Assembly (NCBI GenBank): GCA_964345635.1 | Contig: CAYFRM010000040.1 | Coordinates: 1-63,564, forward strand | Direction of reading: 5' to 3' | Source: an uncultured Clostridia bacterium | Lineage (GTDB): Bacteria; UBA6262; WVXT01 | DNA: 63,564 bases | In this document: one piece after another, positions 42,201 to 51,041 of the stretch | Layout: each line of letters opens with the position of its first letter | Numbering within the stretch: position 1 is the first letter of the stretch | Translations under genes and position numbers: made by a program | Notes under the pieces: model-generated | The model's database searches: none | Told to the model about the DNA's origin: nothing | What the model saw: only the letters and a program-made list of their open reading frames with translations

Positions 42201-43205
42201 TCAGGATTCCGGAACTGTTTTCAATAACTTGTCTATTACCTGATCGGTGCGCACGCCTTCCGCCTCGGCGTTAAAGTTGAGTATGATGCGGTGCCGCAGG
42301 ACTGGGTGAGCTAATGCTTTTATGTCTTCTACCGAGACGTTGAAGCGCCCATTAAGAATAGCCCTTGCCTTTCCCCCCAGGATCAAGTTTTGCGAACCCC
42401 TGGGGCTTCCTCCCCAACTGACCCACTTTTTGATGAATTCCGGAGCCTGGGATGAAGATGGTCGGGTAGCTGTCACCAAATTTACCGCATAGTTGACAAC
42501 GTACTCGGAAGCGGGAACTTTTCGCACAATCTCCTGCAAATGGATTATCTCTTTAGCATTTAGAGCTTTTATTAACTTCGTCTGGAAACTGGAGGTGGTT
42601 TTGGCAACGATTTCTTTCTCTTCTTCGTACCCGGGGTAGTCGATGTTCACTTCAAAGAAGAAACGGTCGAGCTGCGCTTCCGGCAAGGGATACGTTCCTT
42701 CCTGCTCAATGGGATTCTGGGTAGCCAGGACGAAAAAAGGAAGTTCTAAAGGGTAAGTATTTCCGCTGGCAGTAACCTTGTACTCCTGCATCGCCTGCAG
42801 GAGAGCGGACTGTGTTTTGGGAGGAGTACGATTAATCTCGTCTGCCAGGATTATGTTGGCAAAGACGGGTCCCTTGATGAAACGGAAACTTCTTTTTCCT
42901 GTAGAAATATTCTCTTCAATCACATCTGTTCCCGTAATATCAGAAGGCATAAGATCCGGCGTAAACTGGATTCTCTGGAATTTTAAGTCGAGAATTTCGG
43001 CAATTGTGGAAATTAACATTGTCTTGGCCAGACCAGGCACCCCCACAATCAGACAATGGCCGCGGGCAAAAAGAGCGATCAGAACCTGTTCGATCACTTC
43101 ATCCTGCCCCACAATTATCTTATGGAGCTCCTCCAGAATCGATTTACGGCCTTGCGCTAATTTCTCTACCAACTTCAAGTCTTCCTTGTCATCGGGCTTA
43201 ATCAT
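42201..43205 (-). CDS. moxR: MoxR-family AAA+ ATPase
   Basis: 334 aa. Walker A GVPGLAKT, Walker B IILADEINR, and ATQNPIEQEGTYPLPEAQLDRF. Confidence 0.9.
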   Translation of the reverse strand: MIKPDDKEDLKLVEKLAQGRKSILEELHKIIVGQDEVIEQVLIALFARGHCLIVGVPGLAKTMLISTIAEILDLKFQRIQFTPDLMPSDITGTDVIEENISTGKRSFRFIKGPVFANIILADEINRTPPKTQSALLQAMQEYKVTASGNTYPLELPFFVLATQNPIEQEGTYPLPEAQLDRFFFEVNIDYPGYEEEKEIVAKTTSSFQTKLIKALNAKEIIHLQEIVRKVPASEYVVNYAVNLVTATRPSSSQAPEFIKKWVSWGGSPRGSQNLILGGKARAILNGRFNVSVEDIKALAHPVLRHRIILNFNAEAEGVRTDQVIDKLLKTVPES

Positions 43206-43234
43206 AAAATTCCTCCTCTATAAAAGTTCCTCTT

Positions 43235-43263
43235 ATTATACCCCATTTTTTCCCTATTTTCAA
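43235..43263 (-). promoter_or_regulatory. sigma70 promoter of the MoxR operon
   Basis: On the - strand: TTGAAA (43263-43258), 17-nt spacer, TATAAT (43240-43235), then a GAGGAGGA SD before the ATG at 43205. Confidence 0.6.
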
Positions 43264-43288
43264 CACGAATTTTGCGCCTCCGATAAAA

Positions 43289-43479
43289 CTAATCAGAAGA
43301 TAGATTGTTCATTACCAGGTAATTTCTTAACGCCAAAAAACTCCGGGCTCTGCAGGGCGCAAAAATAAACTCCCCCCGATTCATCGGGGCTCAGACAAAT
43401 TTTTGCTTGAAAGAAAAATAGTCGCCCTTGCTTTTTGACTAAAATTCCCAAGGTTCTTCACAATCTATCTTCTGATTAG
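43289..43479. repeat. 191-bp element bounded by perfect 20-bp inverted repeats (MITE-like or long-range stem)
   Basis: CTAATCAGAAGATAGATTGT at 43289-43308 and ACAATCTATCTTCTGATTAG at 43460-43479. Confidence 0.8.
43361..43389 (-). terminator. Intrinsic terminator downstream of xerD
   Basis: The - strand has hairpin CCCCGA-TGAA-TCGGGG followed by GGAGTTTATTTTT. On the + strand a weaker T tract also follows the hairpin. Confidence 0.5.
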
Positions 43480-43521
43480 CTATAACTCTTCTCTGTCGAT
43501 TTAATTTAAAGGTGTGTTTAC

Positions 43522-44424
43522 TTAGCCTCGAGGGTGGAATTTTTTGTGGAGGTCTTTAAGACGTTCGCGGGTCACGTGGGTATATATCTGGGTGGAGGAG
43601 ATACTTTCGTGTCCCAACATCTCCTGAATTGCACGCAGATCAGCGCCTCGTTCCAAGAGATGGGTGGCAAAGGAATGCCTCAGAGTATGGGGGGTTATCT
43701 CCTTATTTATGCCGGAAAGAACAGCGTATCTCTTAATTATCTTCCAGAATCCCACGCGGGAAAGTTTTCTGCCTGAGCGATTCCAAAATAGACTCTGCGG
43801 CTGCCGCCCAGATGTCCGGGAGAGTGCTTTATGTACAGACCTTACTTTTTTCAGATAGATATTTATGAACCTGATTGCCTCGGAACCGATGGGAACAATG
43901 CGTTCCTTCCCTCTCTTGCCCAGGCACCGCAAATAACCTAACTTAAGATTAACGTCTTCCATTTTAAGATTGATAATTTCCGAGACCCTCATTCCCGTGG
44001 CATAGAGAAGTTCCATCATTGCCCTGTCCCTGATTCCTCCCGGTGTATCAGAGGGAGGAGCATTGAGCAATGCTTCTACTTCGGCAAAAGTCAACACTTT
44101 GGGTAGTTTCCGTCCCAGGTGCGGGGAATCCAGGTTCTCTGTGGGGTCGACTTCACAATACTTATCCGACACCAGGAAGCGATGGAACATCTTGATTGAA
44201 GTTATCACCCTGGCTAATGAGGAAGGCGATAAATATTTCTTCCTGATCAGCAAGAACTCCATAAGGTCGCTGTGGGTGATGCCGGTGGCAATTTTCCCAT
44301 TTTCTTCGATATATTTAAGATATCGCAAGAGGTCTCTACGATAAGCCAACTTCGTATTTTTTGACAGACCTTTTTCCACGTCTATGTAGTTGATAAATTC
44401 GTCGAGAAGTTTGGAATTTTTCAT
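43522..44424 (-). CDS. xerD: Site-specific tyrosine recombinase XerD
   Basis: 300 aa. LSKNTKLAYRRDL, ATGMRVSE, HTLRHSFATHL, LGHESISSTQIYTH, and a C-terminal HPRG as in E. coli XerD. Confidence 0.8.
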   Translation of the reverse strand: MKNSKLLDEFINYIDVEKGLSKNTKLAYRRDLLRYLKYIEENGKIATGITHSDLMEFLLIRKKYLSPSSLARVITSIKMFHRFLVSDKYCEVDPTENLDSPHLGRKLPKVLTFAEVEALLNAPPSDTPGGIRDRAMMELLYATGMRVSEIINLKMEDVNLKLGYLRCLGKRGKERIVPIGSEAIRFINIYLKKVRSVHKALSRTSGRQPQSLFWNRSGRKLSRVGFWKIIKRYAVLSGINKEITPHTLRHSFATHLLERGADLRAIQEMLGHESISSTQIYTHVTRERLKDLHKKFHPRG

Positions 44425-45035
44425 GTAATAAAGGGATTACTGTGCAATTCCTGGCTAACAGTGGTCGAAGGACCGTGCCCGGGGTATACAATTAAATTTT
44501 CCCCCAGGGACAGAATCTTCCTTATTGAATCCAAAAGTACCTCCTGAGAGCCGCCCGGCAAATCGCTTCTGCCGATCGAACCTGAGAACAGCGTGTCACC
44601 AGTAAAGATGCAATCGTCCTGCAAAAGAGAGATTCCTCCTGGCGTATGCCCGGGAGTATGGAGAACCTGTAATTTCATTCCCCCACATTCAATCAAATCC
44701 CCGTCCTTTATTAGAGTATCCGCCGGAGGTGAGGAGGATCCCAGAGGAAAGATCAAGGAAAGAATACTTTCGCTCCCTGCAAGCATGGGAGCGTCGTATC
44801 GATGAATCAAGATGGGGGCATTGGTATATTCTTTTAATTCCCGGTTAGCACCTACGTGGTCCGGATGTGCGTGAGTATTGATAATGTAATTAATCGATAT
44901 CTTTTCTTGCTCAATAAATTTAATTAAACGCGACCCTTCCGCTCCCGGGTCGATAATCAATCCTTCTCTTTTGTCCGGATCATAAAGAATATAACAATTG
45001 GCCTCCATGGGACCAACCGCGAATATCTTTAGCAT
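44421..45035 (-). CDS. MBL-fold metallo-hydrolase (glyoxalase II-like)
   Basis: 204 aa. THAHPDH (HxHxDH), HTPGHTPG, and GDTLF. Confidence 0.8.
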   Translation of the reverse strand: MLKIFAVGPMEANCYILYDPDKREGLIIDPGAEGSRLIKFIEQEKISINYIINTHAHPDHVGANRELKEYTNAPILIHRYDAPMLAGSESILSLIFPLGSSSPPADTLIKDGDLIECGGMKLQVLHTPGHTPGGISLLQDDCIFTGDTLFSGSIGRSDLPGGSQEVLLDSIRKILSLGENLIVYPGHGPSTTVSQELHSNPFIT

Positions 45036-45041
45036 ATTTTG

Positions 45042-46049
45042 TTAAGCTTCTTCTTTCCGGCCAAGCAGCTTCTCTCTCAGAATGTTATCAATTTCCCGGG
45101 AGATGTCCGGGTTTTCTTTCAGGTAAGACTTGGCATTTTCTCTTCCCTGTCCGATTCTATTTCCTTTGTAAGAAAACCAGGTTCCACTCTTCTCAATCAG
45201 GTTATTTTCCAGAGCAACGTCCAAAAGGGAACCTTCCCTGGAGATACCTTCATTGTACATCATATCGAACTCCGCTTTGCGAAAAGGTGGAGCTACCTTA
45301 TTTTTGGATACCTTAACTCGTATGCGGTTACCCACGTCCACATCTCCCGCCTTAATAGAACCTATGCGACGAATGTCTAGCCTGACAGAAGAATAGAACT
45401 TCAATGCTCTTCCTCCGGGAGTCGTTTCCGGATTGCCAAACATCACTCCTATCTTTTCTCTTATCTGGTTGATGAAGATTACGCTGGTCCTGGATTTAGA
45501 TATAGCCGCGGTAAGTTTCCTGAGAGCCTGGGACATCAACCTTGCCTGCAGGCCGACCTGTGCGTCACCCATTTGACCCTCGATTTCTGCCCTGGGCACC
45601 AGAGCAGCTACACTGTCGATTACGATTACATCGACGGCTCCGCTGCGAACCAGAGTTTCCGTAATTTCCAGAGCTTGCTCGCCATTATCCGGCTGGGAAA
45701 TCAGAAGATTCTCGATGTCTACTCCCAACTTCTTGGCATAGGCCGGGTCCATCGCGTGCTCGGCATCTACGAAAGCAGCCGTTCCTCCCAATTTTTGAGC
45801 GTTGGCGATTATCTGGAGGGAAAGAGTGGTCTTCCCTCCTCCTTCCGGACCAAAGATTTCCACCACTCTTCCTTTAGGCACTCCTCCTACTCCTAAAGCT
45901 ACGTCCAATGATAGGGCACCGGTGGGAATCACCTCCACTTCTCCCTTGTAAGCCTCGGCACCCAGTCTCATTATTGTTCCCTTCCCGAACTGTTTTTCAA
46001 TCTGGGATACTGCTACCTCTAATGCTTTTACTTTCTCATTTTTTCCCAT
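45042..46049 (-). CDS. recA: Recombinase A
   Basis: 335 aa. [29 protein letters not shown]-loop, and [22 protein letters not shown]. Confidence 0.97.
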   Translation of the reverse strand: MGKNEKVKALEVAVSQIEKQFGKGTIMRLGAEAYKGEVEVIPTGALSLDVALGVGGVPKGRVVEIFGPEGGGKTTLSLQIIANAQKLGGTAAFVDAEHAMDPAYAKKLGVDIENLLISQPDNGEQALEITETLVRSGAVDVIVIDSVAALVPRAEIEGQMGDAQVGLQARLMSQALRKLTAAISKSRTSVIFINQIREKIGVMFGNPETTPGGRALKFYSSVRLDIRRIGSIKAGDVDVGNRIRVKVSKNKVAPPFRKAEFDMMYNEGISREGSLLDVALENNLIEKSGTWFSYKGNRIGQGRENAKSYLKENPDISREIDNILREKLLGRKEEA

Positions 46050-46070
46050 TTTTCCCCCTTTCAGAAAATA

Positions 46071-46194
46071 GGGTCAGAGTGATTTTCTCGCTCCCATCTG
46101 TTCTAAAGCATAAGAACCAATCCTGGCATATCTATATCAAAAAGAAACAACTACATCCGCACGGTTTGAATCAATCAGAAAATGACTCTGACCC
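46071..46194. repeat. 18-bp inverted repeat pair (17/18 complementary) enclosing 88 nt of the pgpA-recA spacer / recA leader
   Basis: GGGTCAGAGTGATTTTCT at 46071-46088 pairs with AGAAAATGACTCTGACCC at 46177-46194. Confidence 0.8.
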
Positions 46195-46204
46195 CTTTTT
46201 TTCT

Positions 46205-46645
46205 TTATAGTGTGTGAATTATGTGTAAAATAATATTGGTTATTATTCCCGCATAAATATCGTCAAGCATTATCCCCAGGCCGCCGGCAAGCATTTCCAA
46301 CTTCTTTATCGGGTAGATCTTGATTACATCCAGAAGCCGGTAAATAGCAAATCCTACGATCATCAAGCCCAGCGTTTTGGGCAAAAAGGCCATAGCGATA
46401 AAGTATCCACATATCTCGTCAATGACTATTTTGGAAGAATCGATTTCCCCCAGAATATCCTCTGCCCGGTGAGAAATCATCGTCCCACCGATAACCAGGC
46501 ACAAGATGAGCATCCAGTAAAAGGGAACTGTTGTAGGTAGGATGGCATAAAGCAGAAAGGCCACAAGTGTTCCCATTGTCCCCGGAGCAAATGGCAAATA
46601 GCCGACAAAAAACCCTGTCGCCAAAAATCTAATAATCCAGTCCAT
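46205..46645 (-). CDS. pgpA: Phosphatidylglycerophosphatase A
   Basis: ORF extends to 46675 (GTG), but the ATG at 46645 with a GAGAGG SD is preferred. FFVGYLPFAPGTMGTLVA and LDVIKIYPI motifs. Confidence 0.8.
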   Translation of the reverse strand: MDWIIRFLATGFFVGYLPFAPGTMGTLVAFLLYAILPTTVPFYWMLILCLVIGGTMISHRAEDILGEIDSSKIVIDEICGYFIAMAFLPKTLGLMIVGFAIYRLLDVIKIYPIKKLEMLAGGLGIMLDDIYAGIITNIILHIIHTL

Positions 46646-46655
46646 TTTTACCTCT

Positions 46656-47294
46656 CTATCTTTCACTTTTACCACTTATCTCCTCGAAAAGTATATGTTT
46701 ATTCTCGAAAATGTAATTGAACCCTGAAATCACGGTCAAAATCGTAACCACAAGCATCAACCAGTAAGGCGCTCTACCCAAAACGTATCCCAGGACTTTT
46801 TTCCAACCCAGCAAAGCCTGTAATTCCAAAGGCGTGGTGTGCCAATAATTCCTTAACACGGCATTGACAATCAACATTATCAGGATAGTGATAATGACTA
46901 CCATCTGTGAGGTTGTCTTAAATTTTCCGGAAAGGGAAGCGGGTATTATCGTTCCCCGGGACGCTGCTACGCTTCTTAACCCCGTTATTATGAATTCGCG
47001 ACTGATGACAAGTATAACCATCCAGGCAGGTATTGACAACTCCTCCAACTGAACGAAAGAAATCAAAGCAGCAGAAACTATCAATTTATCAGCGAGGGGA
47101 TCTATGAATTTTCCAAAGTTAGTAACTTCCTCTCGGTGGCGAGCAATAATGCCATCGTAAACGTCGGTAAGCGCCGCCAGAATAAAAATTAGAAGGGCCG
47201 CTGCCCGGGTATAGATACTGCCTATGAACATAAACAGTATGAAAAAGGGAATGACCAAAATTCTTCCCATAGTAAGTTTGTTAGCTAAAGTCAT
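46656..47294 (-). CDS. pgsA: CDP-diacylglycerol--glycerol-3-phosphate 3-phosphatidyltransferase
   Basis: 212 aa. CDP-alcohol transferase motif DVYDGIIAR...G...DPLADK. Confidence 0.9.
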   Translation of the reverse strand: MTLANKLTMGRILVIPFFILFMFIGSIYTRAAALLIFILAALTDVYDGIIARHREEVTNFGKFIDPLADKLIVSAALISFVQLEELSIPAWMVILVISREFIITGLRSVAASRGTIIPASLSGKFKTTSQMVVIITILIMLIVNAVLRNYWHTTPLELQALLGWKKVLGYVLGRAPYWLMLVVTILTVISGFNYIFENKHILFEEISGKSER

Positions 47295-48112
47295 TCGTTT
47301 CTCTCTTCCCTCAATTCGCTTTCCTCCGGAACCGTTTCTTCCCGCTCAATCAACCGTGCCTGTTCTATCTTAATCAACTCTTTTCCCTGTAACCTGGTGA
47401 AGACCAACTCATTAACCCGTGCTGAATCTTGCGCAGTGATATCTACCTTTTTGCCGTTTACGTACAGCCTCACGCCATCCACGTTTCCGATGCGAACATT
47501 CATTCCCTCCTTTGCCACCCACTTCCTGTTTTCACCGGGAAAGAGCGTCCCTTCAAAAGAAACAACGCCGTCACCGATTACTCGTAGCCAGGTCTTATCA
47601 TCTACTTCCGCTACCATAGAAATATTCCGGGCAATATCGCTGGAGACATCTGTTTCTCCTTCCATCCCGGGAGAGAGTTGCCGCACAGCCAAACGGAGCC
47701 AAAAAATCGCCAGAAGACCCGCCCCCACAATCAGTGCTATGGCCAAAATAAATGCAGTTAGACTCTTCCTAGTAAGGCGAAATGCAAGAATCCCTCCTCG
47801 GGATATCGCTTCCTCTCCTCCCCCGTGACTGACCACAATAGGAAATTCGGGATTTATATCCATTTTGTCTTTTATCCCGGAATGCTCTCTCTTATAAATA
47901 TGGATAAGCGCTTCCGCGTCCAGCCCCAGATAGCGGGCATAATTCCTGATAAACGAGATTACATAAACCTTTGCGGGAAAGACATCGTATTCTTCTTTTT
48001 CCAGGGCTTCCAGGTATTCCTTGGTTATTTTTGTCTCTTCCGAAACCCGCTGCAGGCTAATCTCTTTACGTCGACGGGCTTCCTGAAGTCGTTTGCCGAT
48101 ATTTTCTGCCAT
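47291..48112 (-). CDS. rodZ: RodZ-like cytoskeleton protein (HTH + TM + DUF4115-type C-domain)
   Basis: ORF extends to 48133 (TTG), but the ATG at 48112 is preferred. N-terminal HTH (IGKRLQEARRRKEISLQRVSEETKI), one TM, and a C-terminal WLRVIGDG...VRIGNVDGVRLYVNGK segment. Confidence 0.75.
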   Translation of the reverse strand: MAENIGKRLQEARRRKEISLQRVSEETKITKEYLEALEKEEYDVFPAKVYVISFIRNYARYLGLDAEALIHIYKREHSGIKDKMDINPEFPIVVSHGGGEEAISRGGILAFRLTRKSLTAFILAIALIVGAGLLAIFWLRLAVRQLSPGMEGETDVSSDIARNISMVAEVDDKTWLRVIGDGVVSFEGTLFPGENRKWVAKEGMNVRIGNVDGVRLYVNGKKVDITAQDSARVNELVFTRLQGKELIKIEQARLIEREETVPEESELREERNE

Positions 48113-48176
48113 TTCTATCCCTACCAGTTCCAAAACAAAGTCTCACTCTAGAATTATCTTTCTCACAAAACCTTGA

Positions 48177-48830
48177 CTAAGGGGCTTCGAATACTTGCGC
48201 TTCCGGAGGTATTTCAAACTGAAAAATTTCATTATCCACTTCAGGGTTTTTTACGATGTTTTCCAGACGAGTAGAAACAACCGTATAACTATTGCTGACT
48301 TCCGTTTCCACCGGCACCCAATCTCGTTTGGAAACTACCAGAACTATTTCTACTCCGTCTCCCGCTTCCGGAACCAATCTAATCTTGTAGTTTTCCCTTT
48401 CTTCTTCTACCACTTCTCCTGCATAATTATCCGACTCACCCATCCTGCCTGCCCAGAAGAAAAGGCCCAGATTCACTCCCATTAACTCTTCCAATTTGCC
48501 AACAGACTGCACGGAAACCTGATTGTAGTCAGGCAGATAGAACCAGACTTTCTTGCCGTTACACACAATGACTTGCGAATAAGGCTTGATGTACTTTGCA
48601 TATAGCTTATCGGGAACTCTAAATTTTATCGAACCCGTAATTAGTTTTTCCTCGAGAGTAGCTCTTATCAGTATTTTTTGCTGGAAGTCGAAACTACCTG
48701 TTTCTATCTTTTTCCTTTCCCTTTCCAATTTGTCGAGAATATGAGAAATTGTCTCCTTTTGAGAAAAGCCCCGGAGGGAAAATAGAAAAGTCAAAGAGAG
48801 AAAAAGCAGACCTATTTTAGTTATCTTCAT
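48177..48830 (-). CDS. lolA: LolA-like outer-membrane lipoprotein carrier protein
   Basis: 217 aa. Signal peptide and F.F.Q pattern (GSFDFQQK). Its position directly downstream of ftsK matches many diderms. Confidence 0.6.
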   Translation of the reverse strand: MKITKIGLLFLSLTFLFSLRGFSQKETISHILDKLERERKKIETGSFDFQQKILIRATLEEKLITGSIKFRVPDKLYAKYIKPYSQVIVCNGKKVWFYLPDYNQVSVQSVGKLEELMGVNLGLFFWAGRMGESDNYAGEVVEEERENYKIRLVPEAGDGVEIVLVVSKRDWVPVETEVSNSYTVVSTRLENIVKNPEVDNEIFQFEIPPEAQVFEAP

Positions 48831-50874
48831 CCTTCTCTATCCTTCGCCAGTACTCCTCAATTTTATCCAAAAATATCTGGCGAGGTTTAGAACCCTGCTG
48901 CGGACCTATGAGCCCTTTGGTTTCCATTAAGCTTATGAGGTTTGTTGCTTTTCCGTCACTAATATGCAATGCTCCCTTGAATAGAGAACTGGAAGCCTGT
49001 CTTCTTTCCAGAGTTAACTCCAGAGCCTGTCTGAATAGTTTCTTAATCTCCTCGTCTTCTTCCTTTTCTTCTGCGCCCTTTTTCAAACGGAATGGGTCTT
49101 CAGAATAGGCGACTTCTCCCTGTTGTTTAATAAAGTTTACAACCCTGTTTATTTCCTCTCCGCTTACAAACGCTCCCTGCAGGCGTATCGGTTTTGCCTC
49201 TCCCGGGGCAAGAAAAAGCATATCTCCGCGTCCCAGGAGATTTTCCGCTCCGTTCATATCCAGAATTGTCCGGGAATCTACCTTAGAAATCACCTCAAAG
49301 GCGAGGCGCGCCGGAAGGTTTGCCTTAATGATACCGGTAATTACATTTACGGAGGGCCGTTGCGTGGCCAGCACAAGGTGTATTCCCACGGCTCTGGACA
49401 TCTGGGCCAAGCGGATTATCACTTGCTCAACTTGATTGGGAGCCGTAGCCATCAGGTCAGCAAGTTCGTCGATAATAATGACGATGAAAGGAATTTTCTT
49501 GTCTTCCTCTTTGAATTTCCGGTTGTATTCGAAAATGTCACGGGTCTCGCTGGCAGCGAATTTTCGATAGCGATTTTCCATTTCCCCAACAATCCACTTT
49601 AACGCTGCCACAGCCTGCCTTACGTTTGTGACCACAGGACTTTTCAAGTGGGCAATACCATTATAAATCGGCAATTCCACCATTTTGGGGTCAATTAAGA
49701 GAAATTTGACTTCCTCGGGGGTGGCTCTGTACAGAATCGACAGGATTATTGAATTAATCGATACCGTCTTACCCGAACCGGTAGCCCCGGCAATCAGGAG
49801 GTGGGGCATCTGGTTCAAATCAGCAATGTATGTCTTTCCCGCTACCGTCTTACCTAAGGCAAGCGAAAGAAGAGAGGTGGCTTTCTTGAACTCGGAAGAT
49901 TGGAGGAGTTCTTTTATATATACCAGCGCCATACTCTGATTGGGGATTTCTATGCCGACAACAGCCTTTCCCGGAACGGGAGCCAATATTCTTATGCTTT
50001 GCGTCCGTAACATCAACGCGAGATCGTTCGATAGATTCTTAACGCTACTCACTTTTATTCCCGGAGCCAGTTCCAGTTCATAACGCGTAATTACAGGTCC
50101 GGGGTGAATCTGGGATACCTTTGCCGAGATGCCAAAATTCTTGAGCGTCTTTTCCAGGACCTCGGCGTTATTCTTCAATTCTTCTTCCCTCTCGCCAAGA
50201 TCCGTTCGCGGCGGGTCGTTAAGTAGGTCTATGGGAGGAAGTTCGAAAGAGACCGCGCCTAAAGGAGAAACGGGAGAAACAGGCTCAACTTTCACCTGGG
50301 GAGAGATTTTCTCGCGGGAATCGGGTTTTATCTCTCTTATGGGGCTCACTCGTTTTCTCCTCGAAGTCGTAGTCTGAACTACCTGAGCCGCTTTTCTTAA
50401 GGTTTGCAGAACTTGCATAATAGATGTTTCAGTCACCAATTGTACGGAAATGAGCAATACGGTCAATATGATAAGATAAGTGCCGGTATCCCCGAAAGCA
50501 GGAACCAGGAGGGAGTCGGAAACGAAATCACCCACTGTTCCGCCCAATCTCGCCTGCCTTCCCAGGAGATTCAAAAAACTGCAAAAAGCCAGTACCAAAA
50601 ATCCCAGGCCGGATACTTTAATCCAGATACTTTTTATTTTTTTCCCTTTTTGCAGAGTCTTCCATCCCCAGTACCCGATAGAGAAGGGAAAGAAATACGC
50701 TCCCCATCCAAAAGCGGTTATCAGGGAAAGAGCCAAATATCTTCCCCAAGCACCAACAATGCACCGCCCCATCTGGCAGGAGACCAGACTCACCAATATG
50801 AGCAGGGATAGCATAAGGAGTGCAATGCCTGCTATTTCGTTTCTTTCCTCTTTTGTTTTGCTCGTTATCTTCAC
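48817..50874 (-). CDS. ftsK: DNA translocase FtsK
   Basis: 685 aa. Four N-terminal TM helices, Walker A GATGSGKTV, IIIDELADL, and a C-terminal winged-helix gamma-like domain. Confidence 0.9.
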   Translation of the reverse strand: MKITSKTKEERNEIAGIALLMLSLLILVSLVSCQMGRCIVGAWGRYLALSLITAFGWGAYFFPFSIGYWGWKTLQKGKKIKSIWIKVSGLGFLVLAFCSFLNLLGRQARLGGTVGDFVSDSLLVPAFGDTGTYLIILTVLLISVQLVTETSIMQVLQTLRKAAQVVQTTTSRRKRVSPIREIKPDSREKISPQVKVEPVSPVSPLGAVSFELPPIDLLNDPPRTDLGEREEELKNNAEVLEKTLKNFGISAKVSQIHPGPVITRYELELAPGIKVSSVKNLSNDLALMLRTQSIRILAPVPGKAVVGIEIPNQSMALVYIKELLQSSEFKKATSLLSLALGKTVAGKTYIADLNQMPHLLIAGATGSGKTVSINSIILSILYRATPEEVKFLLIDPKMVELPIYNGIAHLKSPVVTNVRQAVAALKWIVGEMENRYRKFAASETRDIFEYNRKFKEEDKKIPFIVIIIDELADLMATAPNQVEQVIIRLAQMSRAVGIHLVLATQRPSVNVITGIIKANLPARLAFEVISKVDSRTILDMNGAENLLGRGDMLFLAPGEAKPIRLQGAFVSGEEINRVVNFIKQQGEVAYSEDPFRLKKGAEEKEEDEEIKKLFRQALELTLERRQASSSLFKGALHISDGKATNLISLMETKGLIGPQQGSKPRQIFLDKIEEYWRRIEKDEDN

Positions 50875-51041
50875 TTAATAACCTCTGTTCTCGAAGAAAG
50901 TTTACTTCTTTTTACATCTAAAGTCAAGAGCTTTGTAGCAGTCTACAAATCTCACTCTGCGACCCGGCACATTCGTTACCAAATCAATTGTTGGGGCTAA
51001 ATTTATTGAGCCCGTTTCTGCGGTTTCGATGAATTGAATCC

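Noticed and set aside
32385-43205. MoxR-vWA cluster as an anti-phage or conflict system.
   Set aside because: No nuclease, protease-effector, TIR/SIR2, toxin-like or sensor NTPase domains were recognisable. Most of the non-ATPase components appear membrane-anchored or secreted structural-looking proteins, and the flanks are housekeeping genes. An envelope-assembly role fits better, although this cannot be excluded without homology searches.
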